In this document: positions 23,101-32,120 of the stretch, piece after piece
Numbering within the stretch: position 1 is the stretch's first letter
How the letters are laid out: the number at the start of each line of letters is the position of its first letter
NCBI RefSeq assembly: GCF_006345805.1
Contig: NC_042998.1
Span: 206,770,001-206,834,000, forward strand
Source of the DNA: Octopus sinensis
Taxonomy: Eukaryota
Length of the DNA stretch: 64,000 nucleotides
Reading direction: 5' to 3'
The notes under the pieces: generated by a model
The model's input: only the letters and a program-made list of their open reading frames with translations
Databases searched by the model: none
What the model was told of the DNA's origin: nothing
Position numbers and translations under genes: made by a program

Positions 23101-24803
23101 CTCAAAACGGCAGAAACTTCACTAGAAACATCGTCCCACAGATTAAGAAGTTCTTCTTCAGATAATTGCGATCTTGTGCCAGTATCGTTTTTATTATTCC
23201 GAGAGCTCTTAGATCTCCGTGAGGTTTTCTTCTTTTTTTGAACCACAATACATCGGTTTGATTTCTGGGAAATCTCCAACATTTTCAAGAACAGATGAGT
23301 TGCATGCACCAAGTCTGTCAAATAAGAGGTAGAATGTTTGCTGTGATTGAACTTACTTAACAGAACCACGAATATATCGCGAAATTCCATCATGTAGAAA
23401 ATATTACCCTTTAAGACCTTAGCACTTGATACAAGGTGCTTGTTTTTGGATGTTTCCATAGAATGAAGGGTCATTAAAAGTTCTTGATAAGCCTTCAGAG
23501 CGAGATGCACTCGTTTCGCCCAAACTTTGGCCTCTTTCTTATCTGTGGTTATCATTTCATAATAATTTAAAAGATTCACCTGGATGTAATGAAAGGCAGA
23601 CACTGACAGAGTTTCACTAATTAGTTCAACCTGTTGGCTGTGCAAACGACAAAATTCCATGAAAAATCGCAAGGCCCACAAATAATAGGTTTCATCATGA
23701 TCTTGAGCCACCTCACGCACCAAATTATCTTTCACCGCAGACATAAGGGGGTTGTAGCAGTTCTCCAAGAACTGGACGCAGAATTCTTTTAGGCACAGGC
23801 GAATACTCAGAGTCGATCTGCGAACGACATCGACTTGTTTGATGGGGGCGCGGTTTTTGGGGGTTTTACGAGATTTTTTAGTAATATCAAAAGAATGGTT
23901 ACCTGCTTTATCCAGGGATCTGTGAAAGATGACTTCTCTGTCGCTAATCGACTGGACATTCTTAAGTAGGAAAGTGCCACCGAACCGAGAATGTCTTGTA
24001 CTCGTCAACCGAGTTCGTTCTTTTTTAGCAATTCGTTCCTGTTCACGAATAATTTCCAATTCTTTCACATCTTTTTCTTTTTCGCTGATCGCTCGTTGGA
24101 CACCGGCCGAAGCGAGCAAGGCGGGTGTTTGTTGACGAAACATCAGGGTTACAATCTCCAAAGTATGCATGCAGTACTGTCTTTCATCAGCAGAATTAGA
24201 CACATAGAGGAGTAAATCTTCCATACCGCTAACGTGTAACGACCATAGCACTTGGTCGTGGATGCTGGCATCGTCGTCCGTTCTCTTCTCTTCGTTGGCA
24301 TCTGGCTGAACATGAAGGACATTCCGTACCAGGATCAACAGCCTTTCAATCAACACCCGGTCCTCTTCGTGTCTGTGTTCCCAGTCAAGTTTCAATAAGT
24401 CCGTTAATTTCTCGGTGAGTACAGCGAAAAGCACATCGTCGACGAAGGCCTTTTTGTAGTTCCTCAGAATGCTTTCGACTTCCATGTAGTAGTTCCTCAG
24501 AACTTTATCTTCGGGAATTTGGTCCCCAAAACAAAGACGTGCCGGCTGCGTAAGATTAAGTAGCAGTCGTATGACAGTCTCGAAGAGATTGCGATCGGAC
24601 TTGTATTCTTTGATCAAAGGTAGCAAGTCGCTTTGTACAATTTCTGCATGTCCCAGCTGGCGACGAATCGAACACGTATCGTCGTCCCGTCTCAAACACC
24701 GTATCAGATCTTTTACCGATTCCAGACAATCCGGTTCCTTTAAGTACTTCGATCCTTCCTGGTAACCGAGGGCACTGCATATAGCTTGTAATTCAACATC
24801 CAT
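20112..24803 (-). CDS. TIMELESS: Protein timeless homolog (TIMELESS/timeout, TIM2 type; replication fork protection complex), 1563 aa from MDVELQ, single uninterrupted ORF
   Basis: MDVELQAICSALGYQEG...EPDCLESVKDLIRCLR, RHSRFGGTF, HDETYYLWALRFFMEF, two Myb-like WTE(D/E)QE repeats, PARP-binding-like VPVVPLTEENEDAME...QEAFWRIP. ATG (CAT 24801-24803) aligns with the start of metazoan TIMELESS. Confidence 0.96.
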   Translation of the reverse strand: MDVELQAICSALGYQEGSKYLKEPDCLESVKDLIRCLRRDDDTCSIRRQLGHAEIVQSDLLPLIKEYKSDRNLFETVIRLLLNLTQPARLCFGDQIPEDKVLRNYYMEVESILRNYKKAFVDDVLFAVLTEKLTDLLKLDWEHRHEEDRVLIERLLILVRNVLHVQPDANEEKRTDDDASIHDQVLWSLHVSGMEDLLLYVSNSADERQYCMHTLEIVTLMFRQQTPALLASAGVQRAISEKEKDVKELEIIREQERIAKKERTRLTSTRHSRFGGTFLLKNVQSISDREVIFHRSLDKAGNHSFDITKKSRKTPKNRAPIKQVDVVRRSTLSIRLCLKEFCVQFLENCYNPLMSAVKDNLVREVAQDHDETYYLWALRFFMEFCRLHSQQVELISETLSVSAFHYIQVNLLNYYEMITTDKKEAKVWAKRVHLALKAYQELLMTLHSMETSKNKHLVSSAKVLKGNIFYMMEFRDIFVVLLSKFNHSKHSTSYLTDLVHATHLFLKMLEISQKSNRCIVVQKKKKTSRRSKSSRNNKNDTGTRSQLSEEELLNLWDDVSSEVSAVLSGENEMSEGVLPFDAASEVDIDQQRADTMVRIQTCLRSKNASEAVALLRAAREVWPDNNEFGSAEMSPEDEFLALREVFMANLSQNSENMAATVPEEFEEQEDEIVEEEMSSIVTSEEELNTRDFIAKFAKPAILQSYTTLLANFKNNSTHTNHCIIKMFHRIAVDLHQEGMFFQASIFCIFREVFVLSKVKHFQEIVKFGVFIVQKFLVVAEKNKKVFMEMLFWKTAREAGELSGDYFNPSKNIKQVWTEDQEIELRRLFDEAKEDPEKDIVGHIMAHLTDETKSRGQVLRQLRISGLIESAKDLKRKQPPSTNSNRAPWTEEQETELREVFERFRGSDDPLGNVMQNLSFTKPKNKIKDKLFGLDIIQDKKELYKKRSRKKKEGRMDGSGESGNNSDSNDDDDDDGGVQEGHVMASHSDSSGEESDEVEETRDVEEQPSNSDDLPSTDIDDVLKCLVSHNYKGPVSWIQRSLRRTAEDRQTPGTYIGVPVVPLTEENEDAMEDPIFLDFLLLIGLSRPSTGQEAFWRIPGDLDGSTLTMIADGLNLDENGQPANTAELKTWLMARSLKSKTGKKQNKSKKGRSKPSENNGKRKKALMALQKKQAKDKETKGKKKLKSQKSNDEDKKISKKQRRTKKKNILEDSEEEIGDSDSQPNVSGSNSPKFSKQRNSKENKKKKRRRIEFENSSDEDGVEDGSVSDARNGSIQIDTGDESGDEPLISQVKSKQNADDDSDVPLNSLPASKKRINQDFNANCSKRKETPLARFNSSDSDSEDGRLVIETELDNFESVGTSDKKKKKRLLSDSSDEDEGSPNVSTVDLQRESDDVSLNKEAKDPQLAGPSFLKKKKKRQKLIDSESSDDGHGGKAVEELDDSVAERKTVNGRKQHKIPILESSDDDSGDEDKENQEICSTKESNQKQDEVDLFDKAKNVQTQKYIKQNPNIINNNSNNTVDTFPATLLSLPNMEPDTNVFDDHIPLVTAIRRKRVLSSDDEND

Positions 24804-24909
24804 GACGGTGCTAAAACGTTTAACATCAAGTAAAAGAATTAACCGTGGACATAGTTCAGCAAGAGACACTCCGTAGCAACAACAGAAACGTGACAACACC
24901 TTCGCTCAC

Positions 24910-24923
24910 ATTTGGCGCCAAAT
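24910..24923. promoter_or_regulatory. Palindromic E2F-type site ATTTGGCGCCAAAT upstream of TIMELESS
   Basis: Perfect 14-bp palindrome giving TTTGGCGC on both strands, about 110 bp upstream of the ATG. Confidence 0.6.
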
Positions 24924-25034
24924 TCTGAAAACGAGGCTGGCCGCTTACGATGCTGTAAACAATAACACAAACAGACTTAGTAAGAACTTTGATAACATTT
25001 TTTTTTCTAACAGAAAATTTATAAATATATATAA

Positions 25035-25292
25035 CTAGCAGTATCACCCGGCGTTGTTCGGATTTGTAAGGGAAATAACTATATAAGCATTTTTAGAGAT
25101 GTAAAGTATAATAGCCATCTCAATATGGCTAACCACAAAGGGGTGGGGGGTGTTACTGTAGCTTTTTACGTTCTGAGATTTAATAATACATTTTTAGAGA
25201 GTTGCTTCCCTTATATATGCCAAAAATGCATTAAAATGGAAAAAATGTTGGTAAATTTTTTTAAAATCGTAGACTCATCGTAGACGCGCGCT
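25035..25292 (-). mobile_element. Non-autonomous Helitron-like element
   Basis: Minus 3' end CCGAACAACGCCGGGTGATACTGCTAG|T; related copy at ~14540-14773 (+). Confidence 0.5.
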
Positions 25293-25294
25293 AA

Positions 25295-25384
25295 ATAAAA
25301 CGCAAAACCACAAAGTTAGGATCGACTAGTCACGACTCGCTAGTGCGGATGCGCGCACCGGGACCACTCTTCTTAAGTAGTACC
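25295..25384. mobile_element. Right half of Merlin-type MITE
   Basis: GGATCGACTAGTCACGACTCG...GGGACCACTCTTCTTAAGTAGTACC; left part replaced by the adjacent Helitron-like element. Confidence 0.7.
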
Positions 25385-25739
25385 CGCGCTATCTCCAGTA
25401 TTCGATCCTCATAATATTCAAAAATTTTCTTTTTCATAAAAAAAAGCTTTCCCCCGTCATTATGAATTGTGTGGTGCCAAAAAGATTTTAAAGATTCCCG
25501 TCAAAAGGGAGAAAACAGAACTTGTGTAGGTGGCCAATTCCAAACCTCCACCGAAGGGAGGTCGGTAAAGAAGCTAAATTTGATTTCTTCAGTTCTGTTT
25601 CGACACCTATCCTCGCCCATTTTTATGAATGTTGAGTAATGACTGAAAGGGTCCAATCATAAATACAAGGGTGGGGGGGGGCGGAAATGGGGTTCCTCCT
25701 AAGGGTCGTTGTAATGATGTTAATCGATATGTTACGTAG

Positions 25740-25910
25740 CTCGGAGGTCAGGGAGTCACTTCGGATCGAACCTGTCCGTATTGAGAAGTCACAACTCCAG
25801 TACTACGGACATGTGAATTAGAATGCCATGGGAAAGAATCGCAAGACGAATTCTTCAAGCCAACCCAATAGGTAGAAGACCCTGGGGCAGAACAAGAACG
25901 AGATGGATGA
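25740..25910 (+). mobile_element. RTE LINE C-terminal fragment
   Basis: EVRESLRIEPVRIEKSQLQYYGHV, then a frameshift to RMPWERIARRILQANPIGRRPWGRTRTRW. Confidence 0.7.
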
Positions 25911-25942
25911 ATAATTATTTATTTATTGCCCACAAGGCACAG

Positions 25943-26097
25943 GAGTGGCTGTGTGGTAAGTAGCTTGTTTACCAACCACATGGTTCCGGGTTCAGTCCCA
26001 CTGCGTGGCACCTTGGGCAAGTGTCTTCTGCTATAGCCCGGGGCCGACCAAAGCCTTGTGAGTGGATTTGGTAGACGGAAACTAAAAGAAGCCTGTC

Positions 26098-26172
<75 letters not shown>

Positions 26173-26338
26173 TGTGTGTGTTTGTGTTTGTCCCCCTAGC
26201 ATTGCTTGACAACCGATGCTGGTGTGTTTATGTTCCCGTTACTTAGCGGTTCGGCAAAAGAGACCGATAGAATAAGTACTGGGCTTACAAGAAGAATAGG
26301 TCCCGGGGTCGAGTTGACTGAAACAAGTAAGAGAGTAA
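25943..26338 (+). mobile_element. SINE family A copy nested in a family B SINE
   Basis: Splits ...CCCACAAGG / GGGGCTAAACACAGAGAGG of a minus-strand family B copy (~25925-26615). Confidence 0.85.
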
Positions 26339-26686
26339 GGGGCTAAACACAGAGAGGACAAACAAGGACAGACAAACGGATTAAGTCGATTACATCGACC
26401 CCAGTGCGTAACTGGTACTTATTTAATTGACCCCGAAAGGATGAAAGGCAAAGTCGACCTCGGCGGAATTTGAACTCAGAACGTAACGGCTGACAAAATA
26501 CCTATTTCTTTACAGAGAGGACGAACAAGGATAGACAAAGGGATTAAGTCGATTACATCGACCCCAGTGCGTAACTGGTACTTATTTAATGGACTTCGGC
26601 GGAATTTGAACTCAGATGAATAATATCCATAGATTTAGTTCGTTACGTTTATGAATCCATCAGGAAAGTCTAATGATAGTTACTTT

Positions 26687-27048
26687 GGTACTACTTTAGA
26701 AGAGTGGTCCCGGTGTGCGCACTCGCGTAGTCGCGCATCCGTGCTAGCGAGTCGTGACTAGTCGATCTTTACTTTGTATTTTTGTATTTTATTTACTTTT
26801 GATTGATACTAGTTTCAGCTCACGAGCTGTGGCCATGCTGGGGGACCGCCATTAGTTTAGAAAAATTATTTACTTTGTGTTTTTGTGTTTTATTTACTTT
26901 GTTTTAAAAAAAAAAAAATTATTTTGTGTTTTATTTACTTTGCTAGGTAGTCGTTGTAGGATCGACTAGTCACGACTAGCTAGCGCGGTTGCGCGAGTAC
27001 GCGAGTACGCGAGTGCGCGCACCGGCACCACTCTTCTTAAGCAGTACC
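26687..27048. mobile_element. Merlin-type MITE with long CpG-rich TIRs and 8-bp TSD
   Basis: Termini GGTACTAC...GCAGTACC; perfect TSD GTTACTTT (26679-26686 / 27049-27056); TIR core GTGGTCCCGGTG(C/T)GCGCACTCGCG...GACTAGTCGATC. Confidence 0.75.
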
Positions 27049-27391
27049 GTTACTTTTGATAGCCGGCCCCCTAATGAGTAGGGTACTGAGGACTCTATCT
27101 CCACGACCCTTCCAAGAAGTAGGAGAAAATAGATGAAAAAAGAAAGAAAAAAAGAAGAAAAATCGTGTATTTGGGGAGTATATCCGGAATTATCTCCCCT
27201 TGTTTGTCCGGAATACGAAATATTTATTCTTCGTTTTGCTTCTGTTGAGGAACATCCGCCTTTATTAGTAACACTTGACTATGATCTTATGGCTGTTATG
27301 GACATTACTCGAGATTTATCTATGTTTTAATTTCATACAATACATACTTTACCAATATACTGACTTCCCATCGTATTTACCATTAGCAAAG

Positions 27392-28039
27392 ATGCGCCTA
27401 AGCGAACTCTGGTATTATTCCCTGAGGCCGATGTTGCTCAACTTTGTTCATCACATCAAAGATTTATGGCGAAACTTTACATTCCAAAGACTTTATGAAA
27501 AACTCTATTCTTTCGGCTGTTTTATTTTCATGCCTCTCTACAACAGTTGTCTTTTTAAAGGTTGTAAAACACTCTACACGAAATATGCCTCGCCATATCT
27601 TCCCGCCAAATACCTCCCAATATTTTTGGTAACTTCTGCTCTAACATTCTATCTGATTTATAAACTGTGTAGAAAGGAACCGCGAAGAAGGCGGTCCCAT
27701 ACGCAGAGACAGAGAAGCGGTCTTCGGGCCCCACCACCTCGTTTTCCGCCGGACATCGAACCATTTTCTGACGAGGAACCGGACAATAACGAAGCTGAAG
27801 ATATTTCTTTCAACAACGACGATGATAATGGTTACAGTGGTGCCGTTGATTTAAGTAGTTACAGAAATGCCAGCCACCGCAGCTGCCCTGTTTGCAGACA
27901 GTACGAGTTCAATGCCGTGGTCTTACCGTGTGGACACACAGCTCTGTGTTTGAAGTGTGCCTTGAAATATTTTTATCACCAGAGGAAATGTCCCGTGTGC
28001 TTGAAAGCGATATCCACCGTCCATCGAATATATCTATAA
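27392..28039 (+). CDS. RING-HC (zf-C3HC4_3-like) E3 ubiquitin ligase with hydrophobic N-terminus, RNF26/CGRRF1/MUL1-like; about 215 aa from ATG 27392, single exon
   Basis: C-terminal CPVC-x11-CGH-x3-CLKC-x10-CPVC...TVHRIYL; hydrophobic YLPIFLVTSALTFYLIYKLC followed by RRRR and an acidic linker. The frame is open from 27275. Confidence 0.85.
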   Translation: MRLSELWYYSLRPMLLNFVHHIKDLWRNFTFQRLYEKLYSFGCFIFMPLYNSCLFKGCKTLYTKYASPYLPAKYLPIFLVTSALTFYLIYKLCRKEPRRRRSHTQRQRSGLRAPPPRFPPDIEPFSDEEPDNNEAEDISFNNDDDNGYSGAVDLSSYRNASHRSCPVCRQYEFNAVVLPCGHTALCLKCALKYFYHQRKCPVCLKAISTVHRIYL

Positions 28040-28662
28040 CGCTAATTACTGCTGATAATAATTAGTTTTAATTAAGGTGAGAATGTTTACAGAAGAAAAA
28101 GGCGACCGCTGGCATTTATGTCGCGACGTGTCAGAATGGTTGGCGCAGCGGACGAAATGCTTTGCGGTGTTTCGCCCGTCGCTACGTTCTGAGTTCGAAT
28201 TCCGCCGAAGTCGACTTTGCCTTTCGACCTTTCGGGATCGATAAATTAAGTACCAGTTGCATACTGGAGTCAATCTAATCGACTGACCTCCACCGACCAA
28301 ATTACAGGTCTTTAGCCTGTAGTGGAAAGGATTTATGTCCTGGCCTTGTTATCTCTACATTAAATGTATAATTGTTTATTTACTTTGTTAATTTCCAGTT
28401 AATTTCTTTGCAAATATTTGTTATCTTTTATTCTTTTTCTGTCAATTTCTTGGGTCACCAAATTCCAAACTTAAATCCTCGATTTACCAAAGACATCAAA
28501 GTTTTGGAACTTCGTCTCCCGCGGTTTTTAAATTTTTCTTTTATGATCTCGATTTTTCTCTTATTTGAACGATTCGATCTTTCTTCTTTCAGTATTTAAT
28601 TTAAATACAAAAAACAAAATATATTTGCCTTTGTTTGTTGACATACATGCCTTCAAAACTAT

Positions 28663-28900
28663 TACTTAAGAAGAGTGGTCCAGGTGCGCGCACTCGCGCT
28701 AGCTAGTCGTGACTAGTCGATCCTTTGTGTTTTTGTGTTTTATTTACTTTGTTTTAAAAAATTATTTACTTTGTGTAAAAATATTATTTTGTATTTTATT
28801 CACTTTGCTAAGTAGTCGTTGTAGGATCGACTAGTCACGACTAGCTAGCGCGGATGCGCAAGTACGTGAGTGCGCGCACCGGGACCACTCTTCTTAAGTA
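28663..28900. mobile_element. Merlin-type MITE copy, outermost termini eroded
   Basis: TACTTAAGAAGAGTGGTCC...GGACCACTCTTCTTAAGTA. Confidence 0.7.
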
Positions 28901-29274
28901 TATCTTACAATCATTCCTATTTCCTTTCCATCATTTACTACATATAACCCTTTGTAACATCCAAACCCAGATTTAAGAATAAAGGATAAAAATACGCTCG
29001 AAGAGCGGGAATAACCGTGGATTTCTAAAAACTGGTTATTTGTCAAGAAGTAGATTTAAATCGCACCTGTTGTGTAGTAGGAAGTTTGTTTTACATACTC
29101 CGGGGTTCAATCCCACTGCGTGGTACCTTGAGCAAGTACCACAGCCTCGAGTCCCACCAAAGCCTCTGTGAGTGGATTTGGTGGGGCTTGTTTAGAAGCG
29201 CACCTCTCCAAGAAAACGACGATTACTTGTTAAAAGAGTTATGGAAATGGGAAATGTATCCAAAATAAATGAAA

Positions 29275-29525
29275 GGTACTACTTGAGAACAGGGGTCCCG
29301 GTGCGCGTACTCGTGTACTCGCGCTAGCTAGTCATGACTAGTCGATCCTTACTTTGTGTTTTTGTCTTTTATTTACTTTGTTTAATAAATTATTTACTTT
29401 GTTTTAAAAAAATTTGTGTTTTATTTACTTTGCTAGGAAGTCGTAGGATCGACTAGTCACGACTAGCTAGTGCGGAAGCGGCTACGCGAGTGCGCGCACC
29501 GGGACCACTGTTCGCTAGTAGTACC
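29275..29525. mobile_element. Merlin-type MITE copy
   Basis: GGTACTAC...GTAGTACC termini; near-TSD TAAATGAA(A) / TAAATGAA(G). Confidence 0.75.
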
Positions 29526-29813
29526 TAAATGAAGCATGCAAAAAAATTAGGAAGATTCATCTGTTTTTAGATATTTTATGCTAAAAAAGAATGTCCGGGA
29601 AACGGAACCCGCGGGTGTAAACAAACATGTCGGACGATGCAAGGGGCGATAACTTACTTTTACCATTCGGATCTTATTAATGATAGAAGGGGCCCGGCAA
29701 TATCCGTCTGCGAATTTTAAGAAGACCGTTTCACAATCTTTCTCTTAAAAGTCAGTTTATAAATGATATATAACTATTATGTCAAATTTTGTGTCTGAAC
29801 GGGAAGTATCACG

Positions 29814-29960
29814 GTACTACTTGAGAACAGTGGACTCGGTGCGCGCACTCGCGTAGTCGCGCATCCGCGCTAGCTAGTCGTGACTAGTCGATCCTACAAC
29901 GACTACCTAGCAAAGTAAATAAAACGCAAAATAAATAATTTTTTTACACAAAGTAAATAA
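29814..29960. mobile_element. Left half of Merlin-type MITE
   Basis: GGTACTACTTGAGAACAGTGGACTCGGTGCGCGCAC...GACTAGTCGATCC. Confidence 0.7.
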
Positions 29961-30055
29961 CAGGATAAAATCTTTATAAGAATTTATCAAGTAGTTAGCG
30001 TGAAAAACCTCATAAGAGAAAAATCCACCAATTTTTTCTCTTAAATATATTTATT

Positions 30056-30180
30056 TTATATAGAGGGCATTACTATACATAAATGCCACGTGCTAGAAGG
30101 GACTCTTAAAGTCAAAAGTTTTGACTTTAAGAGTCCCTCTTAGCGTGTGGCATTTATTTATAGTAATGCCCTCTATATAA
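30056..30180. repeat. Fold-back repeat with ~62-bp arms centred on 30118
   Basis: TAGAGGGCATTACTATA...GTCAAAA-G-TTTTGAC...TATAGTAATGCCCTCTA, few mismatches. Confidence 0.8.
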
Positions 30181-30785
30181 TATATATATATATAAATCAA
30201 AATAAACAGGATATCCAGGGGCGATGCAGTACAACCGTTTCGAGCAGCTCCATTGAGGCAATCATAACATCAATTTAAATGTAGGGCTATTTTGATTTTA
30301 TTCATCTTATTTTGAAGTTGTACGGATAATACTGCTCTAATTTTTGGTGCTTCAACTTAAGTACCTAATTCATCTGAATCTCAATTATTTTGCTTATATA
30401 TATATGTGTGTGTGTGTATGTATATATATATATATTATATATATATATATATGAGATAGGGTAGCAAAATTTTAGAAATTTCACTCCCAGTGGCCTAGCA
30501 TGTATAAAAAGTCAGTAGACAAACTGCCTATCAAGGGTCGCCTCTTTTGTGTTTAAATGTACACTAATTATGGCCGATACCAGACTCCCCTGGCACCTGT
30601 GCTGGCGGCACGTAAAAAGCACCCACTACACTCGCGGAGTGGTTGGCGTTAGGAAGGGCAACCAGCTGTAGAAACACTGCCAGATCAGACTGGAGCCTGG
30701 TGCAGCCCCTGGCTTCCCAGACCCCGGTCGAACCGTCCAACCCGTGCTAGCGTGGAAAACGGATGTTAAACGATGATGATGATAT

Positions 30786-30819
<34 letters not shown>

Positions 30820-30911
30820 AGCAAAATAATTGAGATATACCTTGAGCAAGTGCCTTTCTACCAAAGCCTCATGAGTGGATTTGGTAGACAAAAACTGAAA
30901 GAAGACCATCG

Positions 30912-30949
<38 letters not shown>

Positions 30950-31437
30950 AAATCCTCTTTCTTTTCTTTCCTGAGCGTCCAATAACACTGTATTTATTCC
31001 ATGTCCCCGCATTTTTTTTTTTTTATTGTTGCTTGTTCATGTTTGGATTGACTATGTATATATATAATACAAATAAGAAAATGGAGAAGCAATTTAGTTT
31101 GATCATCAACTTTCGGATATTAGAAGGTTCAATTATTTATTCATTAATGAATAAATAATTTTCTTATTTGTATTATAAATTTACGGTAAAAATATTTCTT
31201 TACCTTCATCAATAAATGACTTAATTGCATTGCAATTAAAAACATTTATGTATTAAGAATTTGGGTACTTTACCAACAGTATATTGGATAAATACTATCC
31301 CATAGTGGGTTACACCCATAACCCCTAACTTACTTGTTGTTATATATATATATCTATGTGTGTGTGTGTCTGTTCGTCCCCCACTGCTGCTTGACAACTG
31401 GCGTTGGTGTGTCTCCGTAACTCATGTAGCCAAAAAA

Positions 31438-31875
31438 AGGAACACACAAGTTGATATGTAAAGAAGGAAAATAAGACAAGGTGGAAAATGCTAAAATAAT
31501 TTTATCATGAAGAACATTTTAGTACCGGTTTCAGCCTTTGCGACTTTTTCAACTTAAAGTAAAGCATCAAAAACAGTTAAATTGTGGAAAACTTAAATGA
31601 AATGTTTTTTAAAAATATTTTCTATCTGTCTCTGTCTCTCTTTAGAAAAAAGGAAAATGTCCCTTGCATTTGAAAACAATGGAAATATTAAAAAAAAAAA
31701 AAACATTTCATTTAAGTTTTCCACAATTTAATTGTTTTTCATAGTTCTCTCTAAGTTGAAAAAGTTGCAAAGACTGAAACCGGTTCTAAAATGTTCTTCA
31801 TGATGAAATTCTTGTAGCATTTTCTACTTTGTGTTATTTTCCTTATTTACATATCAACTTGTGTGTTCCTTTTCA
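31438..31875. mobile_element. Inverted Penelope-like pLTR remnant with two hammerhead-like motifs (U3-A8 core)
   Basis: Diverged inverted arms ~31438-31620 and ~31700-31875; motifs at 31519-31557 (-) and 31752-31789 (+). Confidence 0.6.
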
Positions 31876-32080
31876 ACTTTCTACATTCATCTATCCATCC
31901 ATACATATATATAAATATATAAATAATTAATTCAAAACTTTTAAACTATCAAATTTATTTTATATATTATATTTATATATATCTTTAATACAATAAGTTC
32001 TTTCACACGGGTAAATCTTTATGATGAGTTTGGATATTAATTTCCTTTATATTAATAATAATAATATATTATTAAAAAAA

Positions 32081-32115
<35 letters not shown>

Positions 32116-32120
<5 letters not shown>

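Noticed and set aside
24804-24899. 32-aa N-terminal extension of TIMELESS in the ORF track
   Set aside because: Starts at a non-ATG codon; homology begins at MDVELQ (24803)
2945-29654. Recurrent GGGGAGATAACT-like motif (2945, 7424, 13153, 27188, 29643)
   Set aside because: A variant also occurs inside the Helitron-like repeat (~25068); more likely repeat debris than a promoter element, and cannot be resolved without genome-wide counts
30224-30290. Minus-strand GAGC-T-GCTC-GAAACGGTT hammerhead-like remnant
   Set aside because: Left core reads CTCAATG, too far from any valid core
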